Shown here: piece by piece, positions 1-13,500 of the stretch | How the letters are laid out: the number at the start of each line of letters is the position of its first letter | How positions within the stretch are numbered: the stretch's first letter is position 1 | From: the human T2T-CHM13v2.0 reference genome, Homo sapiens | DNA length: 64,000 nucleotides | Direction: 5' to 3' (one strand) | Assembly (NCBI RefSeq): GCF_009914755.1 | Contig: NC_060940.1 | Program-made: the position numbers and the translations under genes | Notes under the pieces: generated by a model | What the model saw: only the letters and a program-made list of their open reading frames with translations | The model's database searches: none | Told to the model about the DNA's origin: nothing

Positions 1-1167
<1,167 letters not shown>

Positions 1168-1432
1168 TCAAGAACTAAACAAGAAGGATTCATAAGTGTT
1201 TCTCAAATACCAGTCAAGTGCTTATCCATCGCCCAGGCAACTTGCATGTATTACTTGTGTAATCCTCCTGATAACTGTATCAGATGGGTACTTTTATTTA
1301 CAAATGTGGGACTGAGTTGCAATGAATACTTAAAGTGTCCAGAGCCATGATACAGAGATAAGATCTTAGCCCAAATGTTCTACCTGTCTAATTATCTGTT
1401 ATCTAAATACACATGATATATTTTTATCTATT

Positions 1433-1850
1433 TGTATTAGTTCATTCTCTCATTACTATAAAGAAATACCTGAGACTGGGTAATTTATAAAGAAAAGAGG
1501 TTTACTTGGCTCACGGTACTGCAGGCTGTACAGGAAGCGTGATGCTGGCATCTGCTTGGTTTCTGGGGAGGTCTCCAGAAAATTACAATCATGGGGAAGG
1601 CGAAGCAGGAGCAGGCACATCACACGGCCGGAGGAGAAGCAAGAGATCAAGAGTGAGGTGCTACACACTTTTAAATGACCAAATCTCATGAGAACTCACT
1701 ATTGTGATAACAGTACCAAGGGGGATGGTGCTAAACTATTCATGAGCAATCTGCCCTCATGATGAGTCACCTCCCACCAGGCCCCATCTCCAACATTGGG
1801 GGTTACATTTCAGTAGGAGATGTGGGTTGGGACAGTTCCAAACCATATCA
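1433..1850 (-). mobile_element. MaLR solo LTR (MSTB/MSTA-like)
   Basis: Termini tgtattag...ccaaaccatatca; gagactgggtaatttataaagaaaagagg core; 5-bp TSD ctatt/ctatc. Confidence 0.93.
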
Positions 1851-4004
1851 CTATCAATGTTTCTTTGTGTGCATGTATTATATCTATCTATCTCTCTGCC
1901 TAAGTCTCTATTTCTATACCTAGATAGTACCTTGAGAAAGTAAGTCTATATCTTATTTTCATATTGGCATATCTTGCTCAAGTAATAGAAAGGGCCAACC
2001 ACAAGTGAAAATCAACCTCAGGATCATGTCCACCATATAAAATAAAGAAAAAAGAAGAAGGAAAGGTTAAGAAATCTGAAATAATTTGTGAATATCGGAC
2101 GGGGTAGTATTTCTCAGAAAAACATTTTAAATAATAGTAGGAATCCTGTTATAAGCTTCTATAACTCCATGGAAGAAATGGAGAAAACAGGGAAAAGTAA
2201 AATTAATTGTACAATTCAGTTACAGTTTAACACTTGATTCACACCTTATTAGGATGAATCAGCTCTTAGTATTTTCTCAGAAGACAGACAAATCTTAGGA
2301 AAACTCCAGGTGCCCCAGAAGCAATTTATTTGCGTTATAGTTTAGTTAATGGCTTTTGGAAGGAAAAAGAGCCTGATCATATCAAGAAATGTGTTATAGT
2401 TTTGTTTTGTTTTGTCACCTGCAAAACTTGGATCTGCCTGGAAAGTGGAAAAGAGGTAGGTATGTAAAAATATGTGTGCAGAATAGCCAGAGAACATGCA
2501 TGATTTAGCATGAAGGCATATATGTTTCAAGTTTAAACTCTTTTATGAAGCCCACCAATGATCCGAGTTCTTTCACCTCCCTCCTGAATTTTCCCTCTCA
2601 GAACTCATTGTGTATCTCTAGCAGGCTGGATCCCTCTTCGGGAATTACCAAAGACCTCAAGAAATGCTTGTGAAACTCTTAACCCTGTACTGATTTTTAA
2701 TAAGCTAGCTCATCTGATTTCTTTTTTAATCCTACTTAGTCCTTCCAAACCCTATTCAAACTCTTCCATTCATTCAAATTGTGAGTAACTTTTTGGCAGG
2801 GGCTTATCTAATTTTCCTATTTCCTCTGTACAGCATAGTGCTTTGCACATCAGAGCTGCTCAGTAATGTCTAAATAATTTTGTTTTCTTGACTGCTAGGG
2901 ATCCACTACTAGAGGTCCCTGCATGCTGCTGTCCAGTTCTGCACTCCCTAAAATAAGTGCCTTATTATGCCTTTGCCTATGGCAAAGATAAAAATTTAAG
3001 TTTCGAGAGAATGAACAAAGTCACATGATTAACTAATGGGTATGAGGATGAGTTAAGCTCCATGCTTGTCCCATTGCCCTATAGTGCCTCAAAAGTTCAC
3101 ATGCAATGAATAAGACACATTAGGATATTTATCTGTGCCAAGGGAAGAGTGCAATAAAAGCTTGGAGAGTCTGTTCTTGCAATGACATTTGCACACATCC
3201 ACATAAGTGAACACTCAAGTGACCCATTCTTTCTCTCCTATAATGCATGAGCTACCATTTGGAAAGGGATTGGAATATCTGCCAAAATGTTCTGAAAATG
3301 TTCATGGGTTTCATGATTCTCTTAAAATATTTTTTCCAGATTCGTATAGCCTTTTCTCAGTACAAAGAATGAATTCCACATTATTTCCTCCTAGAATAGA
3401 ACTCAAAAATATTTCTTCCAAATGCTTCACAGCCTACCCTATACACTCTGCTCTTTGATGATGGCTCTATTTTAGAGCTCATGGTATGTAAGGCAGACGG
3501 AATGTTGTCTCATCTCCTTCCTGTCCATGCCAGTTTCTTCCTGTAAGCTACAGAATAAACTAAAGGAAGATGACTGCTTTATTTCTCACAACTAATATGA
3601 TCCGTGATTCATGACATATATAGTTCTCTTGGAAGAATGTAAATAGGTTGTTTTATGCACTATAAGAGTCGGCAAAACCAATATTCATGGAAAATAATTA
3701 TAGTTTTAAAGTACGCTGTATGTTTCAGGTCCTTTTATAGGTGGTTCACATATTTTATGTTTAATATTCAGTTCAAGCCTATGGTTGATATTAGTGTTAA
3801 CATTTTACAATAAGAACTCTGAAGATTAAAGTGATAACTACCACAGAGCTAGCCAATGGTAAAACAGGATTCAATTCAAATTGATCTGTATAAAATTGAG
3901 TTCTTCTTAATGACATTTCACTGAGCAATTTTTTGTGGATGCCTTTAAACTCTTGTAGCATCATGATGAAGCAGAGAAAAGAATATCTTCTGAGGAATGC
4001 TATA

Positions 4005-4220
4005 TAGCATAGTAGCATAGTATAGGGAAGGGAAGTAGACTTTGAAGCCAGATCCCCTGGGTTAAAATCCTGGCTCCATTATTTACAGCTGTGTCATTGT
4101 GTTTAAGTCAGTAAACTGCTCTTTGCCTCAGTTTCCTGATTTATAAAATAGAAGCAATGATAGTAGGTACCTCTTTGGGTTATTATGAGAATCAAATGAA
4201 CAGTGGTGAGCACAGTACAG
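4005..4220 (+). mobile_element. MIR SINE
   Basis: MIR core: gactttgaagccaga...ctgggttaaaatcctggctcc...gcctcagtttcctgatttataaaatag. Confidence 0.8.
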
Positions 4221-6394
4221 GAGGAGCTGTATGTGTTTGTTTGCTCTCACACCTTACCCCAGGCACTCCCTGGGCAAGAAACTACCTCACCATTGAGTTT
4301 TAAGAAGAATATAATGTGTAGACTAAAGAAACAAAATGCAACACCCTAGATCCTGCTATATACACGTATGCATTCAGTTTAACAAGAAGCAGTGGAACAT
4401 GTCTATTCTGTCTTTTTTTGGAATTCTAGTCTGATGGTTTACTTACAAGGATAGAAGGATAAATTTAGAGATGAGACTACATATATATATATATGTATTA
4501 TATATACATATGCATAAATATGTTTGGTCTGTGATTTTTGAGTAGGTATATGGTTTTCAACCATCACTGTCTGCACATGAAATAACACAGAACTTAAGCA
4601 TTATACAACCCTAATTGTGAATTGGGAAAGGAGGGGAATTTTTTTTTCTTTTTCAAAATACTCTCCTTATGTCTCTGAGTTTCTGAAAATCTTAAGTAAT
4701 TTTCCCCCCTTTGGCATCTTGTCATATCTTGAAGGTCAGGCTGACAGCAATGAACAAGCTCAATTTCTTTCTGATTTCCCAAGGATACTCACTGATACAC
4801 TTTTTTCTGTAGTGTGATTAGGTCCCTCACATTAATAACAGAATACAGATCATCTGCAATTCTGAATATTAGTCTATCTTTAAAAAATGAGGGATTCATT
4901 TAACTAGTATTGAAGAACTAATTTAAAATTCACTAGCAATTCATTTTTCCCAGGTTATAGGATAGATTAAGAAGCACTGAATTTAAAATAAGCCTGAATC
5001 CTCAATGCATAGGGGAACATATTAAGAAACTATCTATAGGTAGCTTAACATAAAAAGAGAAATTTTTAAATTATAATTAAGTAGATATTATTTCTTGAGA
5101 TTCTATCAACTGACTTAATGTTGTCTTAATTAATGTTGCAATATTTTTAAGAGAATATTCAAGCAGATACACATCTATACATATTGACGGGTGTATAGGA
5201 TAATGAGTCACACTTCTTAAATCAGGCCAAAATCAGTTCAAATCCTCTCATTGACATTTAGTAGCAGCCAGATCTTGGGAGAGTTGTTTATTTAACCTCT
5301 CTTATCATCAGTGTCTTCATTTATAACAGTGAGAAAAATAATTTTAGGCTTAGAGTCAACCTTTTTAAATATCTATCACTTATTTCTTAGTCCACTTTAT
5401 CACTAAAAATATCCCTTGATGTGTGTGTATATGTATGTTCAGCTATTCTATAAGAATGAAGGATTTGTAACGTCTCATACATAGGTTTGATATTTGGAGC
5501 TTTGGCTCCAAACAAAAATATTTTCAGCTTTATTAAAAAAAAGGAGTGTTTGGAGTGAACTGAAAGAAAAATAGTCATCCAAACAAAAAGTGATGATGCT
5601 TCTAACATCTTTTTGCCAAATTGATTTTTGCCTTTTAGGGTTAATTATCTACCAAGTGCCTTTTACCCCCTTGGTAGGGCCATCATGTTCTATTTATTTT
5701 AAAGTCCTTCCAGAAATGTTTAAGGAGATAGCAAACTCCGCTTGATCACTGGAATTTAGAAGGGGTTGAATACACAATGCCGATATCCAACAGGACCAAT
5801 GCTCCTTTTTCCGACTTGTCCGAAACTCCAATTTTCTTTTTGCATATAATTTAACTAAAAAAAAAGAATTGAAGTTTGACCTTATTCTATGTTAATACCT
5901 ATTACCTTGTCGGCAATTCTTCTTCATGAAAAATACCGCATTTTAAGTCATTCACGGAGGCCATGCTACCCAAGAGAAAATATTTGCAGAATATGATCAT
6001 ATCTGAACCAAAATGTTGATTCTGAATTGCTACTGTTCATTTAGTTTTCACTTAGAACTGATGTCATCTGGTAGAAACAATCATTGTTAACACATTCATC
6101 AATCTGGATTGTGTTAACTATTGAAAACTCTAGTTTATTTCATGAATCTCCCTTGTGTATATTGGCACATTTAGTGATGACCATTGGGCTTTGATAAATT
6201 TGAACTCCTGCAATTAGCTGTAACACCATTTATTTAAACAAAATTGTGGGCTATCTCTCTTTTAGATATTCACTATCTTTCAGCTTCTCTAAAATCTGAC
6301 TATTTTCTTGTAATAATAAATTGCAGAGTAAGAAAAATTAAGATTAGTAACTGACAAAAGAATGGATAACAACAAAGAAATGAGTGACACTAAT

Positions 6395-6575
6395 ACTAAT
6401 AACATCCAGCAGTTCCAAAGCATCTCCTATATGATAAACACTGGGTTAAACACTCTGTGTCAGACACCTCATTTAATCCTTACGAACAGCATATAAATTA
6501 GAAATAGTAATGTATTTCCATGTTACTAATGAAAAAACTGAGATCAGAGGGGTTACGGGATAACCTACTCAAGAT
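6395..6575 (-). mobile_element. MIR SINE fragment
   Basis: ctcatttaatccttac...aatgaaaaaactgagatcagaggggtta, the reverse MIR core. Confidence 0.65.
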
Positions 6576-9009
6576 TGTAATTGCAACACCAGACAGATGT
6601 GTGTGATGTATCAAAGTGGGCAGAGCTGGGCCTCAAGGAATCTTTGTTTTGTGTCATGTCATAACACATGGTTCTAACATTTACTATGGATTTGCACGGT
6701 CTCTGTATCTTTGTATCACTCACTGACTATTTCAGTCCTGGGCAGAAGCACCCACTTGACAGATGCTGTGGGGATTTCTTCCCATGCACACCTAGGGCTT
6801 ATCATAACAAAGTGGGGTTTTATAAATGTTAAATTGGGTTATAGTTAGTTCCTAGAGGAACTGCATTTGTCCACATCAAGTCATCTTTATTCAAATATTC
6901 AATTATGTTTTTTATTTGATCAAAAGGTATGAGTTTTGTATACATATATAGATATACACACTGGCTGGATTTAAATAAGTATTGATGTTTAACACAGTAC
7001 TGCTTTAGAATCACTACTTGTTTTTATTATGAAAGAAAAATTTACAGAAAAGTTTTATGTTTATAACTCCATCGCTGATGTTAATCATGTTTTTATTATA
7101 ATATCAAAATTTAGGTAGCTAGTGTCTACAATCAAGTAGTAATATACTTGGATTTTTACAAAATGTTTATATTCTTTCATCTTTAACTGTGTAACAGAAT
7201 AAATTTCTATCATGTAATATTTGCATAAAAATATTCTTTCATCTTTTAAATGAAGAGCAATCATTGTCATGCACTTACATATGTCATTTCACATTGTACC
7301 ATGTACATTTGAAATTTGGCCAATATTGTGTTAACATCAAGAAATAATGGGTAAATTAAACTCAGCCTGTGTGTGTGTGTGTAATACAAATTGTTTGGGT
7401 AAAAAAAAATTCTAGAAGTCAGGACAAGAACTGTGTCTTAATCATTTGTATTCCAGCAAAACATTGAAAATGCATATCCTCCCGAGTAGAAAGATTTGGC
7501 AGCATATACTGCTATTTTGCCTCTTCTTTTAAAGCTGAAATATTCGTATTAAGTTTTTGTTTGTGAACAATGAGAAACAATCAGTTAACTCAAAAAGAAG
7601 ACGTTAATAGAAGGATATCAGCAAATGCACAGGGAGGCGAGTGAACCAGAGGAGGCTGGCCGGAGGAAATACAGATCCCATCCCTGCTTCTAGCTCTGCC
7701 TTTCCTCCCAAGAAAGGGATGCTGCTGCCTCCATTTCAAAATAAACTGTGAAGTGTCTACACCTTTCTCATTACTCATTGAAGATTCCAAGTCCTGAGCA
7801 AAAACACTGATTTGCCACAGAGAAGCTAGGTCATGTGACCACGTTTTAGTTACTAAAGAAGTAGGAGGAGGGAATACTGGGTGTTTTTATTTCTGAATTG
7901 GGAGCAGCAGAAACAAAAAGAGGTGGCAAATGTCTCCTGGGAAATGATTAAATGGGGCTGATCACCATTGATTTCAGTGAAGGGTTATTTTCACAACTAG
8001 AATACATTCATTTTGGAGGCGGAAAGCAAAAACAAATAAGGCCAGAAAAACTGTTCAAACATAATTTTGGCTACTGATTAACTTTGGGATGAAAACCATA
8101 ACAGTTCCTTGGTGAAAATGAGAAGGTTCAAACTACCTAGCACTTTTCAGGTAGAAGAGGTTATCTGTCCAAGTGCAGTTACTGAACTAAATGAAAGGGG
8201 CAGGTTTATCATAATAACTTTTTCATAATAACTTTTAAGCTTCTTCCTCCTTGTATTCTTGGGGCTTACTAGACAAATAGAAAAAAAATCACACTTTTAT
8301 ATTATCTGTGGGTCTCCTTTGACAGCTGATTTCTTACAAAAGGTTTCAGAACAAACTGAAGTCATAACCAAATTCCACAATATAGCTGTTGCAGTCATTT
8401 CTGCCCAGCCACATGCTTTTAAAAGAAGAAGAAGAAGAAAAAAAACTAATGAATCTGATAAAATCTTATAGATGTTACCATATAAACAATACATAATTTT
8501 AAAAACAGGAAATTCTTACACAAATGGTCAACTGAATTCAGTATCTGGAGTGATGAAATTAAACATACCACGGCTTTTCACCTATGAATGAAGTTTTAGC
8601 ACATAGGCTTGACATAGATTTGACTTATTTTACTAACACTTTGATTGTTTAAGCATTTTCATAGTTATACCACAATTTCCTTTCTCTCTCAATATATTAA
8701 AATAATAATGATTACAACCACCACCACCATTAAAATGGCTTTGTTGAATCAAACCCTTTAAACCAATGACTTATTTTGTCTTTATAATGACATGATATGA
8801 GCTTTTTAAAATGTTCTTTTTATTTTATTTGCCGGAGTCTTGCTATGTTATTTAATCATAATGGGGATAGCGAATATCCCTGAACAAACAGTCTCTAAGC
8901 CAGTACCTGTCACCTGATTCATAACACATGAATCTCTATTGAATGAAATTTGATGAAGAAACCATTTATTAAGTAATGCTAGATTAAAAGTAAGATGTAA
9001 CAAAATGTT

Positions 9010-9225
9010 ATACAGAAGAAGTCAGTCAAGAATAAGTACATCCTATATAATTCAATTTTATGAAGTTCAAGAACAAGTAAAATCTATATATGGTGATAGA
9101 TATCAGTTTAGTGGTTTATCTCTGGAAGGGGTTTTGACTGGAAGGGTCAAAAGGAAGCCTTTTGGGGTACTGTAAATGTCTTTGATCTTATGCTTTATGC
9201 ATATTAAATTATGCCTAAAAATAAA
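9010..9225 (+). mobile_element. Old L1 3' end fragment (L1ME-like)
   Basis: ttttatgaagttcaagaacaagtaaaatctatatatggtgatagatatcag...ttgactggaaggg is typical of L1ME 3' UTRs. Confidence 0.7.
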
Positions 9226-10432
9226 TCATAAAACAATATGTATGTAGAGTTACTGATAAATTTTAAATATGTGTGTGGGGAGTTTAATTAATTTGGAAAA
9301 CATTCAAACATACTAAATTTCTTTTTGTCTTAAGATGCTGCAATTGTGGGTAATTGTGTCTTTATGTCATATATTTTATAATTTTCTGTTATGATTATGT
9401 ATATACTTTAATAAATGAAGCCAAAGATTTTATCATTGTATCACAATACCTATGAAGTCTCATACAGAGTTTATGCTCAAGAAAAATGAGTACAATTATT
9501 TGACCAGGAATAGAGCTGTTATTCTGAGTCAAAGGTTTTGAGCAGAAATAGATATTTCAGCTCACTCCATATATTTGTGTTTTGGATAAGTGTCTACTTT
9601 CTTCTCCATAGTACCTTTAGTGCCTAGAATAGTTCTTGACACAGAGTTGGATGCCTATTAAATATTTGTTAAATGAGTGAATGAATCTGATGCACCCTAA
9701 AATTATTATGAGCTTAAGTATAACTTGAAGCAGAACTCAAGTTTCCTCTACCTGTAATGAAATTGTGTTTGTCTCTACTCAGATAGGTCGTGAATAAACA
9801 ATGAGGCGTTCTCTTAAAGAAAAGCGCTCCTAGTTTCAATAGCAAGTCATGTAGCACAGCAAGAAAAAGGGATGGGATTTAACAACTGACAGATTCATTT
9901 GAAATCCTGATTTTGTCACATTGTCTTTTTGTGAAGTTTGCCTGGCTGCCCAAATATTCAAGCCCAATTTTCTTTATCTGCAAAACAGAAATGCTTCTGA
10001 AATTGAAGTAGATAATAAGAGTCAGCCCCTACTAAGCATTCACTATGTACATTCTCTTTGCTAAAAGCATTGCATATGTTACCATATTGCTTGTATGCAG
10101 AGTATATGAATTACTTAGCATAAAGCTCAATAAAAATACATTTCTTTTCTATGGCAATTCAATTCTTAAGACCATTCCAATTAACTTTCTACATATTTTC
10201 TATTGTCTAATTTCTTTTCTTTGGGTTTTGTAAATTATTTTAGATTGTATTTTCTTAGCATTTCCCTAAAGAATTTAAATTTCTTAAAGGAATGAACCAT
10301 TTGCTTTCTGAGTGGTATAAAGTTCATTGAATTACCAAATCTTAGCATGGCCAGTGATGACATGTAATCTTTCCCACAATAAATGAAGTATTTCTCTAAT
10401 GAAGAGACATTTGATGGATTTAGGATAGAGGT

Positions 10433-10565
10433 TTTTTGTTTTCTGTTTTTTAGATAGGGTCTTGCTTTGTGGTCCTGGCTGGTCTTGAAATCCTGGGCTC
10501 ACGCTGTCCACCTGCCTCAGTCTCCTGAGTATCTGGGACCACAGACACACACCACTATGTCTGGT
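10433..10565 (-). mobile_element. Alu monomer (FLAM-like)
   Basis: T-rich tail, then agatagggtcttgct...ctggtcttgaaatcctgggctc...cctgcctcagtctcctgagta; about 130 bp, single arm. Confidence 0.8.
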
Positions 10566-13500
10566 GGCTTTATACTTTAAGTGAAGCAGAGTTATTCTCT
10601 TCTGAGATGCCAAGTTCCATTTTTTGACAACTTTGTGCCTTCCACTCTTAGACCTTCTTTTCTCTGAAACAACATAGTTCTCTGACAAGCTGGAGATGGT
10701 TGCATATGAAAATCCCCATAAATTGATCATAAAAATAAGAAGTAGGGTAGTGATAGCTCTATTCTATAAATTAAAACTTTGTAGGGAGTGGCATATTCGA
10801 TTTAAGAGTTTTGACTCAGAGAAGGGTAAAGATAGTGGAATCTGGAATAGGTTCTGATAGGGAATAAGGGTGGTTGATTAAAAGAAGGTAGAAGAATTTC
10901 TTAACTTCCAGGGACTGGTGCCAACATAGGAGATGTCTTGGCTAAGAAAGTGGAGAAGTGACATTTGCAGAGAAGATACCATGGAAGAGAAAGGCAAACA
11001 CAGACAGTCTCCCCCTTGAAAGTAGGTTTGAGAAAGGTGAAGTGTTGAGTGGATGGATTCAAGGACTCTAATCACATTAACAGTGCTGAAACCAATAGGA
11101 ACTGATGTCCCTGGAGTTTCTCTATAGTGAGGGAACAATATCATTTCCTTGTGTAGTGTCTGCCATGTGTCAGGTTCTCTGCTAGGCATTTGGAGGAATT
11201 ATTTCATTTAGTAGTCAGAGCAGCCTCCGTGTTAGGAATCATTATCCCAGATGAAGAAGCAGAGGCTGAGGGAGATGAGGTGGGAGAAAGAAAAGAAAAA
11301 GGCATAAAAACTTTCCTCCTTTGGAACACAAATGAGAATGAGGCATGAGTTTTTTTAAAAGTACTGAGATTTCTCTCTACACCCCCTCCCAGCTTCTTTT
11401 CATGTCCTCAAAAGGCTGGGATTAGGAATCCTCCCACAGCCCATGTCTCCTGAGAACTTACATAGCACTGCTTCTGATTAAACTAACAGATTAGACCCAA
11501 TGGCATAAGGCACAGCTTCTCTCCTTTGAGAAAGAGCAAGTAAGAATGAAGTGTTAGATTGCAAAGCTAATTATACATTCTGTTCAAGTGTCAACCATCT
11601 GTTGCAATTGTTTAAAAAGCAGACATAAGTCAACTGTTGGGGCGGGATGTTTATTGTTGCGAACACACAGGAAGCTTTCAACACCCGTGGAGAACTCTTG
11701 ATCTATCACGTGCCTGTAGGCTGCAGTGAGATTCTACTGATGTCTTGAGAAACCCACCTTTTCAAGAGAGGGTAAGTGATAGCTCCAGGTAGCTGAAGAT
11801 TAAGGACCAGTCACAGAGACCCCTTCAGCACTGGAAAAGATCTTCAACATTATATGATCCACACTCAGTGTACAGATGGGAGAACAGAGATACAGTGAAG
11901 ATAAGGCACTACCTATTACTTATAATCTTAACAATATTCTGCAGAAATTTTGTGTCTGCACATAGAGCCCTCTCTAAAGGAAGGGGTGGAACACTATTTT
12001 TTCTCTGTACTTCATGTATAGTATAATACTCAATGCAGAAAAACAAAAGGAAAGTTGCTCTCAACATTGGAAAGTCAACAAAGAGAAGGAAGTTGTCCAA
12101 AGGTGTGCTGCTAGTGATGACCAGGGTCATTTGTAAAATGTTGTAAAAATATAATTAGTTGTAGTGTGGATGAAAGTCAGGATGCACAGAGAAAGTGGCA
12201 CATTCCCTCCTACGCCAGAGCCATGCTGTTCTTTTCCTTATCAATTTCTTTATTGAATAAGCTGAAAGTTCTACCAAACTGAGGCTGCCCATAATTCTCT
12301 TTGTTAAGAACAACTGGAATGAGGCTGAAAGTTATTTTCACGTACAAAATGGGAGTCAATTGACACCCAACAATAAAGAACACTAACTCAAACCAGAAAA
12401 ACCATTTTCTTCTGGTTCATTCTATTTCTGAGTGAATAATGAAGTCTTTTTGATAAAAGCAAATTTTGCCTTTTTATATTAATGAATATATTTAGTCTCT
12501 GAGACAATCAAGGGGAGATTATTATAGGCATCATGGGGAGGACTGCCTCCAGCCCAGTTGCATTGGAGTCTGCAATCACCATGTGGAGGTGGGAAGCATT
12601 CTCTTGCATCCCTGGCTTCAGACCACTCACCAGAGATGTGCGTTTCACTATCAGCATGTCACAGTGCATTGAGTGAGTTATCTTTCATTGATTTGAATGA
12701 AAGATAACTTCCATGTTTCTTTTTGTAATTCTATAATTTGTTTCTAGTTTTGCCATCACTAGCAGCATGTCCCTGGACAATTTGCTTCTGTCTTTGTTGA
12801 TGCTCCAATGCTGAGAAGAACTTTCCTCATCTCTTTTCTATGAAAAATTACAAAATCCCTTCACTTGTTCCTCATGAGACCTATTATCCCGACCCTAGGA
12901 CTGTTTCCTGTGGAAGCATTCCTATTGTCAGTGACCTATGAAAATAACATGCTCAGGTTTGGCCAATGGAATTTGTGAAGAATAAGTCATGGTTCTAATA
13001 ACACCTTGCCACTGAGTTCCTATTTAATTGAATCATACTCAGGGAGCCAGCTAAGAATAAGAAGTGATTTCAGATTAATTGCTTTTCCTCGAAACTGGAC
13101 ATGATTTTAACTCAGGACTTCAGTTGGCTGCTGAGTCTTTCATTTGCAATTTTCCCCCTATTTTCATATTCAAGTCTTGGGCATTGGGCCCTGGGTCAAC
13201 AGAGGAATACCTGACTACAATTTTCCAGCCACCTACATAGTCATTTGCAGCCATTTCCACCACTTCTTCAAAGACAGTGAAATGGGCACTACTTTTCAAC
13301 CTGAGGTGTGGCTGATGAAGCTCAGTAGAGGTTACATTCTTATCTGCCTTTGAAATTAGATTGGTGATTTTTTTTTGTCAAAAGGGTGGTCACTGAGGTT
13401 CGTACAAAGACAACTTTAAGGTGTTTAAACAATACTGCCCCCTCTTGGGGTTTGGAGTTGAAGATCTCTCAGTGGGACTTAACTAGAAATTAGGTATCTT

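Noticed and set aside
5855-6002. Two-exon - strand model joining the AAG|gtaat donor (~5905) to the T-rich acceptor (~5855)
   Set aside because: The intron would be only ~50 nt, and the only open upstream frame hits TAA immediately after splicing.
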